In this document: one piece after another, positions 1 through 9,306 of the stretch | Numbering within the stretch: position 1 is the first letter of the stretch | Layout: each line of letters begins with the position of its first letter | Assembly (NCBI GenBank): GCA_964409615.1 | Contig: CAYPDT010000001.1 | Coordinates: 499,880-563,879, forward strand | Direction of reading: 5' to 3' | From: an uncultured Candidatus Saccharibacteria bacterium | GTDB taxonomy: Bacteria; Patescibacteriota; Saccharimonadia; Saccharimonadales; AWTP1-31 | Length of the DNA: 64,000 nucleotides | Notes under the pieces: model-generated | What the model was told of the DNA's origin: nothing | The model's input: only the letters and a program-made list of their open reading frames with translations | Databases searched by the model: none | Program-made: the position numbers and the translations under genes

Positions 1-1386
1 GAGCACTTTATCACCAATCTCTACGTTTAAGTCTTTTGCCTGCTTGAGGCTCAAGTTAGTATGCTCCAACCCACAAGAACCAGCCCCGCAGAACTCTGGA
101 GCTGGTGCTTGCTTTTCGGTTTGTGCACGCAGCAGGTTTGCTTGCTCAAACTGCCCAATTGATTCAAGGTACTGCACCTGGGCAAATCCCTGCGCGGTGA
201 CGGCATCAAACATTTCGTATGAGCGGCTCGGTTCTTCGCGGCATACCTTAAACATCATAGTTTTTAGCTCGTTTTCAATCATACCGTTCGCCGCCCAGTG
301 GTCTACATTACTATCCGCTAAGGTAAGTACCTGCTGTGCAAGTTCGCCAGCCATGTCATCCATGTCTGCAGAACGCTTGGCGGCCTGACGACGTGCCAGT
401 AGATAGTCCTTAGTCTGGCCTGGTTGTAGTTTTTCACCCATAAAGATTGGGATACCATGTTTTTGAGTAGCAAGGCCATCGAGTAATTCAATCCAGTCCC
501 AAGCACTACTATCAAGCTCTGTCACCATTTGCGTAGCATGCACGTCGGTCTTGCTCATATCTGGAGATAAGCGCTGGTCAAATGTTCGCAAGGCCCCCAC
601 AATTATGTCGTGGTCGATGTATTTACCAGATGCACCGAGCTGTTCTTCGTAGCGTGACTGCGTGGCAACATCGAAGCGAACACTCCGAATCATGAACTTC
701 TGAATTTTGGGCACATAGCCGCCGGTTTCGCGACGACCATCTTTATGATTCTGTATTGCCCAGTCGGTGCACTCCGAAATAGTAGTCACTGTTTTGTTTT
801 CAGGTACTGTTTCGGTAGTTATGGTTTTACCAAGCAACATACTGCCCAGACGCCGGTAGGTGCCCATCTCTTCGACAGCTTCGTTAAGGCGACGGTCTTG
901 TTCTTCTTTTTCAGCAACTGGCGATAAACCGTTAGCCACTAAATCGGCAATACGATGGCCATGAGAGTAAAAGTCACCAGTTTGGCTGTTATAAACTTGT
1001 TGACTCTCTGGGAAGTACTCCCAAGTATTAGCTCGAAACGCTTCCAAGAGTAAGCGATGGCAGTCGAGCAATAATGCTTTGCGAGCTTGTTGACACTCAG
1101 GACTGGCAACACCAAAACGGTCTCGAGCATCACGCAGCACATCTGCCGTACTCAGCGGATCTACCGGTATTGGCACCCCGTCGAAGTCACCATCCATAAG
1201 CCGTTCACGATTGTTGGCTAAAATTGCAGAAGCTTGATGACGTGCTTCTGCCTGGGCCTGGGCAAGTTCAGGTATAAATTGCGCCGCCTGATGCAGCGGT
1301 GCTAGGTATTGGAAAGCATCAACATACGCCTGTTGCTCTTCAAACACCCCCATTGATTCGACCGAACGCTCCGCTACCCCGACCAT
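1..1386 (-). CDS. hypothetical protein, C-terminal end cut by the window edge (462 codons visible)
   Basis: My own translation of the minus strand gives an open frame from ATG at 1386 to base 1 with no stop. GAGGG lies 7 nt upstream of the ATG. The ORF is absent from the supplied track, presumably because it has no in-window stop. It begins MVGVAERSVESMGVFEEQQAYV. I recognised no family. Confidence 0.6.
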   Translation of the reverse strand, partial: MVGVAERSVESMGVFEEQQAYVDAFQYLAPLHQAAQFIPELAQAQAEARHQASAILANNRERLMDGDFDGVPIPVDPLSTADVLRDARDRFGVASPECQQARKALLLDCHRLLLEAFRANTWEYFPESQQVYNSQTGDFYSHGHRIADLVANGLSPVAEKEEQDRRLNEAVEEMGTYRRLGSMLLGKTITTETVPENKTVTTISECTDWAIQNHKDGRRETGGYVPKIQKFMIRSVRFDVATQSRYEEQLGASGKYIDHDIIVGALRTFDQRLSPDMSKTDVHATQMVTELDSSAWDWIELLDGLATQKHGIPIFMGEKLQPGQTKDYLLARRQAAKRSADMDDMAGELAQQVLTLADSNVDHWAANGMIENELKTMMFKVCREEPSRSYEMFDAVTAQGFAQVQYLESIGQFEQANLLRAQTEKQAPAPEFCGAGSCGLEHTNLSLKQAKDLNVEIGDKVL

Positions 1387-1541
1387 AAAAATACCCTCGT
1401 TTCCAGACAGAAAGGAGGGCCACAAATATAGCTCGTACTTCTGCTCGGAAGATTTATGCTAGTGTGTCTGGCTTGGTCTAATGACCTTACAGTTGCGGCA
1501 CAGCTCACGATTTACACGTGATTCCACTATATGTATTGTTA

Positions 1542-1561
1542 AGTGTCACTAGTATGACACT
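1542..1561. promoter_or_regulatory. perfect 7-6-7 palindrome AGTGTCA-N6-TGACACT, either an operator or a weak uppP terminator stem
   Basis: Read directly from the sequence. It lies 55 nt downstream of the uppP stop and 10 nt upstream of a minus-strand TATAGT (1526-1531) that could drive the 1..1386 gene. There is no U-tract after the stem. Confidence 0.3.
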
Positions 1562-1616
1562 AAAGCGCTATTGGTAGAAGTATTTTCCGCTGTAGAATTT
1601 GCAGCAAAATTACTGC

Positions 1617-2423
1617 TTACCAGCGCGCTATGGTCAGCAAGATAACAATACCAAAAGCAATGCGGTAACCTGCAAAAAGCTTGAAATCGTTTTTGGCAAT
1701 GTAGTGTAGCAGCCAGTTAACAACAGCCAGTGCAGATACAAAAGCACTGACTATGCCAACTATCAAGGCGGCCGAACCACCAGATACTTGGGCAATTTTG
1801 TCACCATCAGAAACTAATTTGTAACCACCTGCCAATACCAAAATTGGAATGCTTAGGTAAAACGAAAATGCCGTGGCAGTCACCCTGTCTAACCCACTGA
1901 CTAACCCGCCTATAATGGTCGCGCCAGAACGTGAAACACCTGGGATGAGGGCTGCTATCTGATATACCCCGACCTTCACAGCTTGGGACATGGATAGGTT
2001 TTCAAACTGGGGTTGAACTTTAGCAGGTTTTGGCTTGTGATACGTCTCGATAACTAATATTAAAATTCCACCAAGTATCAACGAAACCGCTACCGTTCTG
2101 ATAGTGGCAAAACGACTCAATGCATCCTGTGCCAAAAAGCCAATGATGCCAGCAGGAATCGTAGCAATAATCCACTTCTGCCAAAACTGGATGGTTTTTT
2201 TATCACGTCCTAGCAGACCGGTCACCTTAGAGATGAGGTCTTTGCGATAATGCCAGATAACTGCAGCTATGGCGCCCAATTGAACAACCACCGTGAATAT
2301 TTCTGCTGTATCGTGATAGCCCATGGCTTTTTCGGCGACGATTAAGTGCCCCGTACTTGATATTGGTAAAAACTCTGTCAGACCTTCGATAATACCTAAA
2401 ATAATAGCTTGTAGAATAATCAT
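1617..2423 (-). CDS. uppP: undecaprenyl-diphosphate phosphatase (UppP/BacA)
   Basis: The N-terminus IEGLTEFLPISSTGHLIV and the later PGVSRSGATI motif are classic BacA signatures. The protein is 268 aa and polytopic. Confidence 0.95.
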   Translation of the reverse strand: MIILQAIILGIIEGLTEFLPISSTGHLIVAEKAMGYHDTAEIFTVVVQLGAIAAVIWHYRKDLISKVTGLLGRDKKTIQFWQKWIIATIPAGIIGFLAQDALSRFATIRTVAVSLILGGILILVIETYHKPKPAKVQPQFENLSMSQAVKVGVYQIAALIPGVSRSGATIIGGLVSGLDRVTATAFSFYLSIPILVLAGGYKLVSDGDKIAQVSGGSAALIVGIVSAFVSALAVVNWLLHYIAKNDFKLFAGYRIAFGIVILLTIARW

Positions 2424-2441
2424 TACTTGTTAAGTATAGCG

Positions 2442-2909
2442 CTATTTTTCCGCAGGGTTTATGGTTTTATCTTTCAGCGGGCCGAGCCGAGGTATAAAAG
2501 AGTGTGCCGCCCCATCCAGACCAAGAATCTTCAAAGCTCCTACCAAAACATAGAGGCTATCTACCTCATCAACGGTTGGCCGTGGTTGATTTTCTAACTC
2601 TGCAAAGCGCTGCTCTATCTGCTTAACTAGCCATTTTTCTTGACTAGCCGTTACCTGATTGCTGGTTATCTTCTGTGCTTCGGCCGTATTCACCACTTCG
2701 ATTGAGCGTGCAGAGTGGTCGCGCTTACGTAAATGTCCCCTCGTTATAAGGCTGTTCACATGGAGTGAAACGGTAGCCACGGATGTGTAATTAAGGCCGT
2801 TCATTATTTCTCGGTAACTGGGGCTGTAGCCATGCTCAGCGATAAAAGTCTCGATATAGGTGAGGATTTCACGCTGTTTCTTGGTTGGTCGGACTGTACT
2901 CTCTGCCAT
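2442..2909 (-). CDS. LexA-like winged-helix DNA-binding protein lacking the S24 peptidase domain
   Basis: KKQREILTYIETFIAEHGYSPSYREIMNGLNYTSVATVSLHVNSLITRGHL matches the LexA N-terminal DNA-binding domain pattern. It is 155 aa, and I saw no Ser/Lys autocleavage module in the C-terminal half. Confidence 0.7.
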   Translation of the reverse strand: MAESTVRPTKKQREILTYIETFIAEHGYSPSYREIMNGLNYTSVATVSLHVNSLITRGHLRKRDHSARSIEVVNTAEAQKITSNQVTASQEKWLVKQIEQRFAELENQPRPTVDEVDSLYVLVGALKILGLDGAAHSFIPRLGPLKDKTINPAEK

Positions 2910-2911
2910 AT

Positions 2912-3358
2912 CTATACCGTCGAGTGCCGTTTATGTCGGTGATTGTGCTCGGGAAATACCCAAAAGCGATACCATAAGTAATTCCAAACCGTAAAGAAGC
3001 CAGCCGAACCAAATTGGCCCAAGTATGGTGTTATGCCTGCCGACTTTAGCGTACTAACAATAAAGTAGTCCAGTACAAAATTAACGAGCGTAATGGCAAT
3101 ATAGCGATAGGTTACCTCGGTCTGGTGCTTAGCCAAGTGTTTATTGTTAAACACCCAGTAGCGCTGTAAAAGATAATTAACAATCCACCCGCTTATATTT
3201 GCAGTCAGCTTTGCCCACCATAAGTTCCAATGCAAGCCCTGGTCGGCAATAAAGAACACCGCATAACCTGTCCAAAAGAATGCGCCACCACTAACTAAAT
3301 ACTCGGCAATCTGTACGTATTGACGGCGTTGTTTCTTGGTGATTTTTTTCTTTTTCAT
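2912..3358 (-). CDS. GtrA-family membrane protein (polyprenol-phosphate-sugar flippase-like)
   Basis: 148 aa with four hydrophobic segments. YLVSGGAFFWTGYAVFF and NYLLQRYWVF are typical of GtrA-like proteins. Confidence 0.75.
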   Translation of the reverse strand: MKKKKITKKQRRQYVQIAEYLVSGGAFFWTGYAVFFIADQGLHWNLWWAKLTANISGWIVNYLLQRYWVFNNKHLAKHQTEVTYRYIAITLVNFVLDYFIVSTLKSAGITPYLGQFGSAGFFTVWNYLWYRFWVFPEHNHRHKRHSTV

Positions 3359-3506
3359 GTCTGTTTTATGGTTTTCTTCAGTATATCATAAGCTTTACAC
3401 CGTAGTATTGCTTGGTCGGTTGTACTTGTTGGGTGTTTCTGGTGTAAGCTGGCAACTCTAAGCGAAAGAAACGTAAAACGGGCCAGCATGATAGTAATTC
3501 TTGTGC

Positions 3507-3512
3507 TATAAT
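3507..3512 (+). promoter_or_regulatory. extended -10 box TGcTATAAT, 9 nt before the LCP ATG (leaderless-type promoter)
   Basis: tgcTATAATttgccccatATG read directly. There is no Shine-Dalgarno sequence between the box and the ATG. Confidence 0.45.
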
Positions 3513-3521
3513 TTGCCCCAT

Positions 3522-5249
3522 ATGCGCGAAGAAAATCGCTTCAGAAAACAAACACCAAAAAACTCGCTCGACGGTTTTATTCCTCAGCGCCCACGGCATA
3601 TAACAACACCTGAGTACTACCGGAAAGCCACAGAAATTGGCCGCACTCCCCGTCGGTCTGTTGCGAGTCGACGTCGTCCTATCGACCCTGAAGCAATTCA
3701 GCACGACAAGCCAGAAGAGCCAATCCCCCGTATTGCTAACTTCGACCAAAAGGAAACAGATATTTTTGACACCAAAGCTCCAATAACTCCCCTCGACGAA
3801 AAACCGCTATCTCGTCGTGCGCGCAAACAAGAAAAGAAAGAGAAGAAGCACGGGAAGCTTCGAACCTGGTGGAGGAACCGCTCACGCCGATTTAAAGTAA
3901 GCATCATCTTACTAGTATTGGTACTGCTCGGCGGAGGCCTGCTGGGATACCGACTTTATGGCTTCTTAAACTCTGTATTTGGCCGAGGTATTGGGAACAG
4001 CAGCTCTGCTGCCTTAAACGGCGAAGTTCGACCAGAAGACTTAAATACCGAAGGTGATGGTCGCCTCAATGTCTTGTTACTTGGTCGTGGCGGTAGCGAA
4101 AACGAAGCACCCGACCTGACCGATACACTACTAATTGCAAGTATCGACCTCAAAAACCAAACCGCTTCACTACTCAGTATTCCTCGTGACACTTATGTCG
4201 ATAATCAAAGTGATAATAGTAAAATAAATGGTGTTTTTAGTCGCGCTAAAGAACAGGCCCTTTACCGTGGACAAAATAACGACCAAGCCGAAGATGCTGG
4301 CATCAAGGCAACTATTTCAGCAGTCCGAAATATTGCCGGGGTACCTATCCATAAATATGTACTAACCGATTACAAAGCTTTTCGCGACGTAGTGAATGCC
4401 CTTGGTGGTGTAGATGTAACAGTTCCAGAGGCTATCTATGATGGCTTCACCGGCTGGAGTTTCAAAGCTGGCGCCCAAACCATGAATGGCGATAAAGCTC
4501 TGCAATATGCCCGTACTCGGCACGGTAGTGACCGCGGTGACTTTGATCGCACCGAAAACCAGCGACGGTTATTAATCGCCATGCGCCAAAAAGCTACTAG
4601 TACTGGTATTGTGGCTAATCCTATTCGACTGAATAGCCTCGCCAATGCGGTCCAGAAAAACATCCGAACCGACTTGAGTATCGACGAATCTCGATCTGTT
4701 TTTGACAAACTCAAAACGATGCCAGAAACCAGCATCAAATCACTAGACCTTGACGACCCTAAAGCTCCTCTAGTAACTACTGGAATGGCTAATGGCCAAT
4801 CAATCGTGCGACCTCTTGCCGGGCTAGAAGACTACACCAAAATACGCGCCTACGCTCGTACTAATATGATGGATCCGTACCTTAAGCAAGAATCACCAAC
4901 TATTGCCGTCTATAACGGCTCTAGTAAAGCTGGCACAGCAACACTTGTTGGCGACATCTTGGCTGGCTACGGATATAAAGTGCTCGAAAAAGAAACCAGC
5001 AAAGAGGTGCAGCCAAAAACCCTCATCATTAAAGTTAATAAAGATGCTAAAAAACCGTTTACCGAACGCTTCTTAACTGTTCGCTTCGGAACGGTAATTA
5101 CCAGTGAATTGCCTGCAACTATCATTCCTGCAGAGAGTAAAATTACCACTACCAAGCCTGCGCAGGGTGCTACGAGCACTAAGCCGATGCCCGACTACAT
5201 CATCGTACTCGGTGCCGATTATCGCCAGGAAAACGGCCCCACCTGGTAA
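3522..5249 (+). CDS. LytR-CpsA-Psr (LCP) family glycopolymer ligase with a basic cytoplasmic tail, one TM segment and a LytR_C-like C-terminal domain
   Basis: LNVLLLGRGGSENEAPDLTDTLLIASIDLKNQTASLLSIPRDTYV and ALQYARTRHGSDRGDFDRTENQRR are LCP core motifs. I moved the start from the TTG at 3501 in the track to the ATG at 3522, because a TATAAT box lies inside the track's 5' extension. Confidence 0.9.
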   Translation: MREENRFRKQTPKNSLDGFIPQRPRHITTPEYYRKATEIGRTPRRSVASRRRPIDPEAIQHDKPEEPIPRIANFDQKETDIFDTKAPITPLDEKPLSRRARKQEKKEKKHGKLRTWWRNRSRRFKVSIILLVLVLLGGGLLGYRLYGFLNSVFGRGIGNSSSAALNGEVRPEDLNTEGDGRLNVLLLGRGGSENEAPDLTDTLLIASIDLKNQTASLLSIPRDTYVDNQSDNSKINGVFSRAKEQALYRGQNNDQAEDAGIKATISAVRNIAGVPIHKYVLTDYKAFRDVVNALGGVDVTVPEAIYDGFTGWSFKAGAQTMNGDKALQYARTRHGSDRGDFDRTENQRRLLIAMRQKATSTGIVANPIRLNSLANAVQKNIRTDLSIDESRSVFDKLKTMPETSIKSLDLDDPKAPLVTTGMANGQSIVRPLAGLEDYTKIRAYARTNMMDPYLKQESPTIAVYNGSSKAGTATLVGDILAGYGYKVLEKETSKEVQPKTLIIKVNKDAKKPFTERFLTVRFGTVITSELPATIIPAESKITTTKPAQGATSTKPMPDYIIVLGADYRQENGPTW

Positions 5250-5250
5250 C

Positions 5251-5275
5251 GTTTCCAAGGTCCGACCTTGGAAAC
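5251..5275 (+). terminator. 10-bp perfect stem-loop directly after the LCP stop codon
   Basis: GTTTCCAAGG-tccga-CCTTGGAAAC begins 2 nt after the TAA. The T-run (tttttt) comes only about 20 nt later, so this is not a textbook intrinsic terminator. Confidence 0.45.
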
Positions 5276-5334
5276 AAGAGAAATGTGATTTGGTATGTTT
5301 TTTAAAAAGCGACCATAAGGGGTAAAATAAGGGA

Positions 5335-6768
5335 GTGAAAAATAACGCTTCGTTCGGCTATGCTCTCTTTTTAGTTATTGGCGACTTCCTAACCCTGCTG
5401 GCGGCGTTTAGCCTAGCTTACATCCTGCGAGTAAAACTCGACTCCCGGCCACTGGTGGAGATTATTACAGCTAAGGATTATTTTGTTGCCATGTTTAGCA
5501 TTTTGCCTCTGTGGATTATGGTTCATGGTTTTATTGGCCTCTACAATCAGCGGGTCTACGAAAAGCGCTTTCATGAAATTGGCCGACTATTTGTAGGCTC
5601 GATATTAGGTATTCTGGTGTTGATTGGCTACGACTTTGCCAGCAATAAGGGCCTCTTCCCAGCCCGCCTAGTGCCAGTCTACGGCCTACTGATTGGTTTT
5701 AGCTTTCTGGTAATATTCCGCACCCTTTCACGCCTGACTCGACGCTTTTTGTATCACTTCGGTATCGGCGTTAGTAATGTACTAATTGTGGGAGATACCT
5801 CTAGCTCGGCTGAAATTGCCCAGACAATTGCCCACACCGAAACCTCTGGGCAGCGAGTATTGGGCATAGTGGGCCGAAAAGCCGAAGGATTTGTCTATTA
5901 TCCTAACTTCTCTGAAGCTTTAAGTAAAATTACCCTACCCATCCATAGCATTATCCAAACCGAATTGTACAAAGACCAAGATAAGAACGATACTGTTCTA
6001 CGGTTTGCGCAAGCCAATCACGCCGCCTACCGCTTTGTTCCCGGTAACAATGACCTATTCGTTGGCAACATCGAGGTAGAGTTATTTGTTGGAGGCATCC
6101 CGATGATTGCCGTTCACCAAACAGCTCTGGTTGGCTGGGGGCGCATTGCTAAACGACTTTTCGACCTAGTGGTATCAAGCATACTGATTGTGCTACTCAG
6201 CCCGCTTTTATTGCTCATCGCCCTCCTGGTGAAGCTAACCGACCCTAAAGGCCCAGTACTTATGCACGGCGTACAGCAAAAACGTCTGACACGGTTTAAT
6301 AATGTCTTTGATGTGTACAAATTCCGCTCGCACTATGCCAAGTTCGATGGCAAAAGTTATGAGGAAGTATTCGCCATGATAGGAAAACCAGAGCTACTTG
6401 AGCGGTACAAAAAGAATGGCTACAAGCTAGATAAAGATTTCCGCGTCACACCATTTGGCCGTTTTATTCGTAAGTACAGCCTAGACGAATTACCCCAGTT
6501 ATTTAATGTCTGGAAAGGCGACATTAGCCTTGTCGGGCCACGTGCGCTCATTCCTGCCGAACTAAACACATATGAAAAGAAGCACACTATACTAAGCGTA
6601 AAGTCGGGCCTGACTGGATTAGCACAGATATCTGGACGAGTTGATATCGACTTCGAAGAACGACGAAAGCTGGATATGTACTACGTGCAAAACTGGAGCT
6701 TCTGGCAAGACATTGTGATTATGATTAAAACCGTTCGCGTTGTACTTCGAGGTAGTGACGCCCAATGA
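5335..6768 (+). CDS. polyprenyl-phosphate hexose-1-phosphate transferase (WbaP/CpsE-type initiating sugar transferase)
   Basis: The C-terminal bacterial sugar transferase domain shows RFIRKYSLDELPQLFNVWKGDISLVGPRA. The N-terminal half has multiple TM segments. The start is GTG, with AAGGGG 12 nt upstream. Confidence 0.9.
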   Translation: MKNNASFGYALFLVIGDFLTLLAAFSLAYILRVKLDSRPLVEIITAKDYFVAMFSILPLWIMVHGFIGLYNQRVYEKRFHEIGRLFVGSILGILVLIGYDFASNKGLFPARLVPVYGLLIGFSFLVIFRTLSRLTRRFLYHFGIGVSNVLIVGDTSSSAEIAQTIAHTETSGQRVLGIVGRKAEGFVYYPNFSEALSKITLPIHSIIQTELYKDQDKNDTVLRFAQANHAAYRFVPGNNDLFVGNIEVELFVGGIPMIAVHQTALVGWGRIAKRLFDLVVSSILIVLLSPLLLLIALLVKLTDPKGPVLMHGVQQKRLTRFNNVFDVYKFRSHYAKFDGKSYEEVFAMIGKPELLERYKKNGYKLDKDFRVTPFGRFIRKYSLDELPQLFNVWKGDISLVGPRALIPAELNTYEKKHTILSVKSGLTGLAQISGRVDIDFEERRKLDMYYVQNWSFWQDIVIMIKTVRVVLRGSDAQ

Positions 6769-7865
6769 GCCACCACCAACCCCGGGTCGCCATAGTTGCC
6801 GATTGGATTATTGGTGGTGGCGCTGAACGAGTTGTTGCCGAGCTTCATAAGCTATATCCCCATGCCCCTATCTACGCTTCGTATTGCTCAGCTGAGTGGC
6901 GCAAGCGACTCGACAATAAAGTAGTTACCGGTTATCTGCAAGGCTGGCCCTTTGGAGCACTGCGTAAGTTTGTTGGTGTTTTACGCATCAAGTGGTACCG
7001 TAGCATCGATTTTAGCAATTTTGATGTAGTCATAAGCTGTACTGGTAATGGCGAGGCTAAGCACATCCGTACAACCGGCAAGACAAAACATCTGTGTTAC
7101 TGCTTTACACCAACGCACTATTACTGGAGGCACTACCAATCCTATCTAGCAAACCCAGGTTTTGGAGTCTTCAACTGGCTGGCACGCATTGGCCTACGAG
7201 CTTTATTAACACCACTCAAGAACAAGGATTACCAAGCGGCTCAACAGCCAGACGCCTTTGTGGCCATATCTAAACACATCCAAGAAGACATTAGTCGATT
7301 TTATAACCGCGATTCAGATGTTATTGCACCCCCGGTACAGACCGAGCGCTTTACGAAACATAGGCAACCATTAAAACGATACGGGTTTGTAACTATGGGG
7401 CGACAAACAGCCGTTAAGCGTACCGATATAATCGTGGACGCCTGTACTAAATTGGAGCTCCCCCTTACGGTGATTGGTAACGGCCCTGACCATGCCAATC
7501 TAGTAGCCCGAGCTGGTTCTACCGTAGAATTCTTAACCAACATTAGCGACGAACAAATGCCCGCTAAGCTCGCAGCGGCTGAGGCATTTTTGTTTGCATC
7601 AGTAGAAGACTTTGGCATTGCACCAGTAGAGGCTATGGCCAGTGGTACACCCGTTATCGCGCTAAAAGATGGTGGTGCATTAGATTATGTCACGAAACAG
7701 ACAGGCTTATTTTTTACTGAGCAAACTGCTGAATCACTCGAACAAATCTTAGTTGGCTTCGATTCTCGCTTCTTTGATAGTGCTGCCATTCAGAAACATG
7801 CAGAAAAATACTCTACCAAACACTTTGCCGATGCAATTCAAAAGGCCGTAAATAAACTTAGCTAA
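6765..7865 (+). CDS. GT4-family glycosyltransferase
   Basis: The start overlaps the previous stop (ATGA). The C-terminal FLFASVEDFGIAPVEAMASGTPVIA is the GT4/GT-B EX7E region. Confidence 0.8.
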   Translation: MSHHQPRVAIVADWIIGGGAERVVAELHKLYPHAPIYASYCSAEWRKRLDNKVVTGYLQGWPFGALRKFVGVLRIKWYRSIDFSNFDVVISCTGNGEAKHIRTTGKTKHLCYCFTPTHYYWRHYQSYLANPGFGVFNWLARIGLRALLTPLKNKDYQAAQQPDAFVAISKHIQEDISRFYNRDSDVIAPPVQTERFTKHRQPLKRYGFVTMGRQTAVKRTDIIVDACTKLELPLTVIGNGPDHANLVARAGSTVEFLTNISDEQMPAKLAAAEAFLFASVEDFGIAPVEAMASGTPVIALKDGGALDYVTKQTGLFFTEQTAESLEQILVGFDSRFFDSAAIQKHAEKYSTKHFADAIQKAVNKLS

Positions 7866-9306
7866 GCTGCCGAATAATACGCGCTTCGGGCTGCTTGAGT
7901 AAGTCGCCTTTGTGCCGATAAATCATCAACGGCAGATGAAAAATAATATTGATTACCAATAAACCCACTAGAATATAGGCCATCATCTTCTTGGCCGTGA
8001 GGCCATATCCTCGATAAGCCGCTAGTAAAGCGCTTACCACAAAATAGTAGAAGAATGGTAATACTGGTAAAAGATATCGCCCCTGTATGGCAAAAGGGTA
8101 GCCGTAATAGCGATAGGCATTGTAGTTATACAAAAAGACCAACACAACGTAGCTTATTGTCAGCACGAATAGAGCTTTTTCTGGTCGACTATATTTCTGC
8201 TTACGCCAGCCAACGACTGCAAAGAGCAACAACGTTGGTGCGGTTGCCAGAGCCACGAGTCGTGCCTGCCAAGTAGGATTAGTGGTTGCCATCCCTCTAA
8301 AAAAGTACGTTCGTTCGTAAATAAAGCGCCACCACTTAACAGTGAAATTCGCAAAGTTCATACTTGGCTTACCGCCATTCTGTAGATATACCACATATTC
8401 CTGGCGCTGCCCAGTGTTGCGTCGATAGATACTATTCTGTAAGCACTCTGCTTCGCTATGCACTTGGTTGCAAGATGGGGTGGTTTTTTTATACTTCACA
8501 TAATTTTGACCATATCGCTCACCAAACAGACCCAGCAATATCACTACCAGTAGCGATAAGCCTAGTAACAGCCATCTGGATTTTGGATTTTTATAACCCG
8601 CTTTGACTGACTGCACGAGTTGTTGCCAGTTCTCTTGGAGGCTTGTTTTTCGTAATAATCCAAATACCAGCAAGCCGTAGCCGATTACTATCGATGGCAG
8701 AAAAGTTTCTTTAGTTAACATCAAGGCGAGTGTGACAGCTAGGAGCTGCAAAACACGGTTAATACTCACCTTCTGGTACAAGCTCAACAGCAAATGTAGC
8801 AGAATCATAAATAGCACGATTGCTAGATTATCGTAATTGAGTGCCGCGAATAACCATACAAACATCGTGGTGATTGCCAGCCATGCCACAACTAAATTCA
8901 TGGTCAGTCCACGAGCACCGATTCGTCGTAGTAGGCTAACTATAAGTAGCAGCGTAATTACGCCAAGGCCAACATTAACAATACGCAATGCAATTACCTG
9001 CCCTTCTTCTGAAGTAACAATTGGTTGTATTAGTTTTAATACAAAACTCGAAAGGTAGTGATACAAGTAACCCGGTGTACGCTGGATATCACCAATATCA
9101 AAATTATCCGTTTGGTCGTCAATAATAGGTCCGGCGACTATCGACCGTTGGGCATAGTAATAAGTGAATCGAAAATGATATTCCTCATCCGACGGTGATT
9201 TATAAGGTATAAGGATAGAGAATATAACTGCTTGCAGAGCGAATAACACCATCATAGCCGTTAGGAATCGTGGGTGTTCTAGTAGTTGCCGAAGTTTACG
9301 CAGCAT
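7858..9306 (-). CDS. polytopic GT-C-like membrane glycosyltransferase (ArnT/PMT or DUF2142-like)
   Basis: 482 aa with about 11-12 hydrophobic segments. The first loop carries SPSDEEYHF, a D/E-containing motif as in GT-C enzymes. It is the last gene of a sugar operon. The family assignment is by architecture only. Confidence 0.55.
   Translation of the reverse strand: MLRKLRQLLEHPRFLTAMMVLFALQAVIFSILIPYKSPSDEEYHFRFTYYYAQRSIVAGPIIDDQTDNFDIGDIQRTPGYLYHYLSSFVLKLIQPIVTSEEGQVIALRIVNVGLGVITLLLIVSLLRRIGARGLTMNLVVAWLAITTMFVWLFAALNYDNLAIVLFMILLHLLLSLYQKVSINRVLQLLAVTLALMLTKETFLPSIVIGYGLLVFGLLRKTSLQENWQQLVQSVKAGYKNPKSRWLLLGLSLLVVILLGLFGERYGQNYVKYKKTTPSCNQVHSEAECLQNSIYRRNTGQRQEYVVYLQNGGKPSMNFANFTVKWWRFIYERTYFFRGMATTNPTWQARLVALATAPTLLLFAVVGWRKQKYSRPEKALFVLTISYVVLVFLYNYNAYRYYGYPFAIQGRYLLPVLPFFYYFVVSALLAAYRGYGLTAKKMMAYILVGLLVINIIFHLPLMIYRHKGDLLKQPEARIIRQLS

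Noticed and set aside
44-1142. Short ORFs at the left edge (44..388+, 318..515-, 745..927+, 939..1142-), which suggest a non-coding or decayed region.
   Set aside because: A single continuous minus-strand frame (1..1386) spans all of them. The track omits it, presumably because its stop lies outside the window.
1387-1616. Possible small RNA gene (SRP/4.5S-like, tRNA or a known riboswitch) in the 230-bp gap.
   Set aside because: A CGGAAG and a CCGCAAC string recalled SRP RNA. However, the conserved GGAAGGAAGCAGC-type domain IV context and a tRNA T-loop (GTTCRANYC) are absent. I kept it only as an unclassified leader or palindrome finding.
3378-3749. A 123-aa minus-strand ORF spanning the GtrA-LCP intergenic region.
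   Set aside because: It overlaps the LCP N-terminus in antisense and covers the divergent promoter region. It has no motif and an implausible composition.
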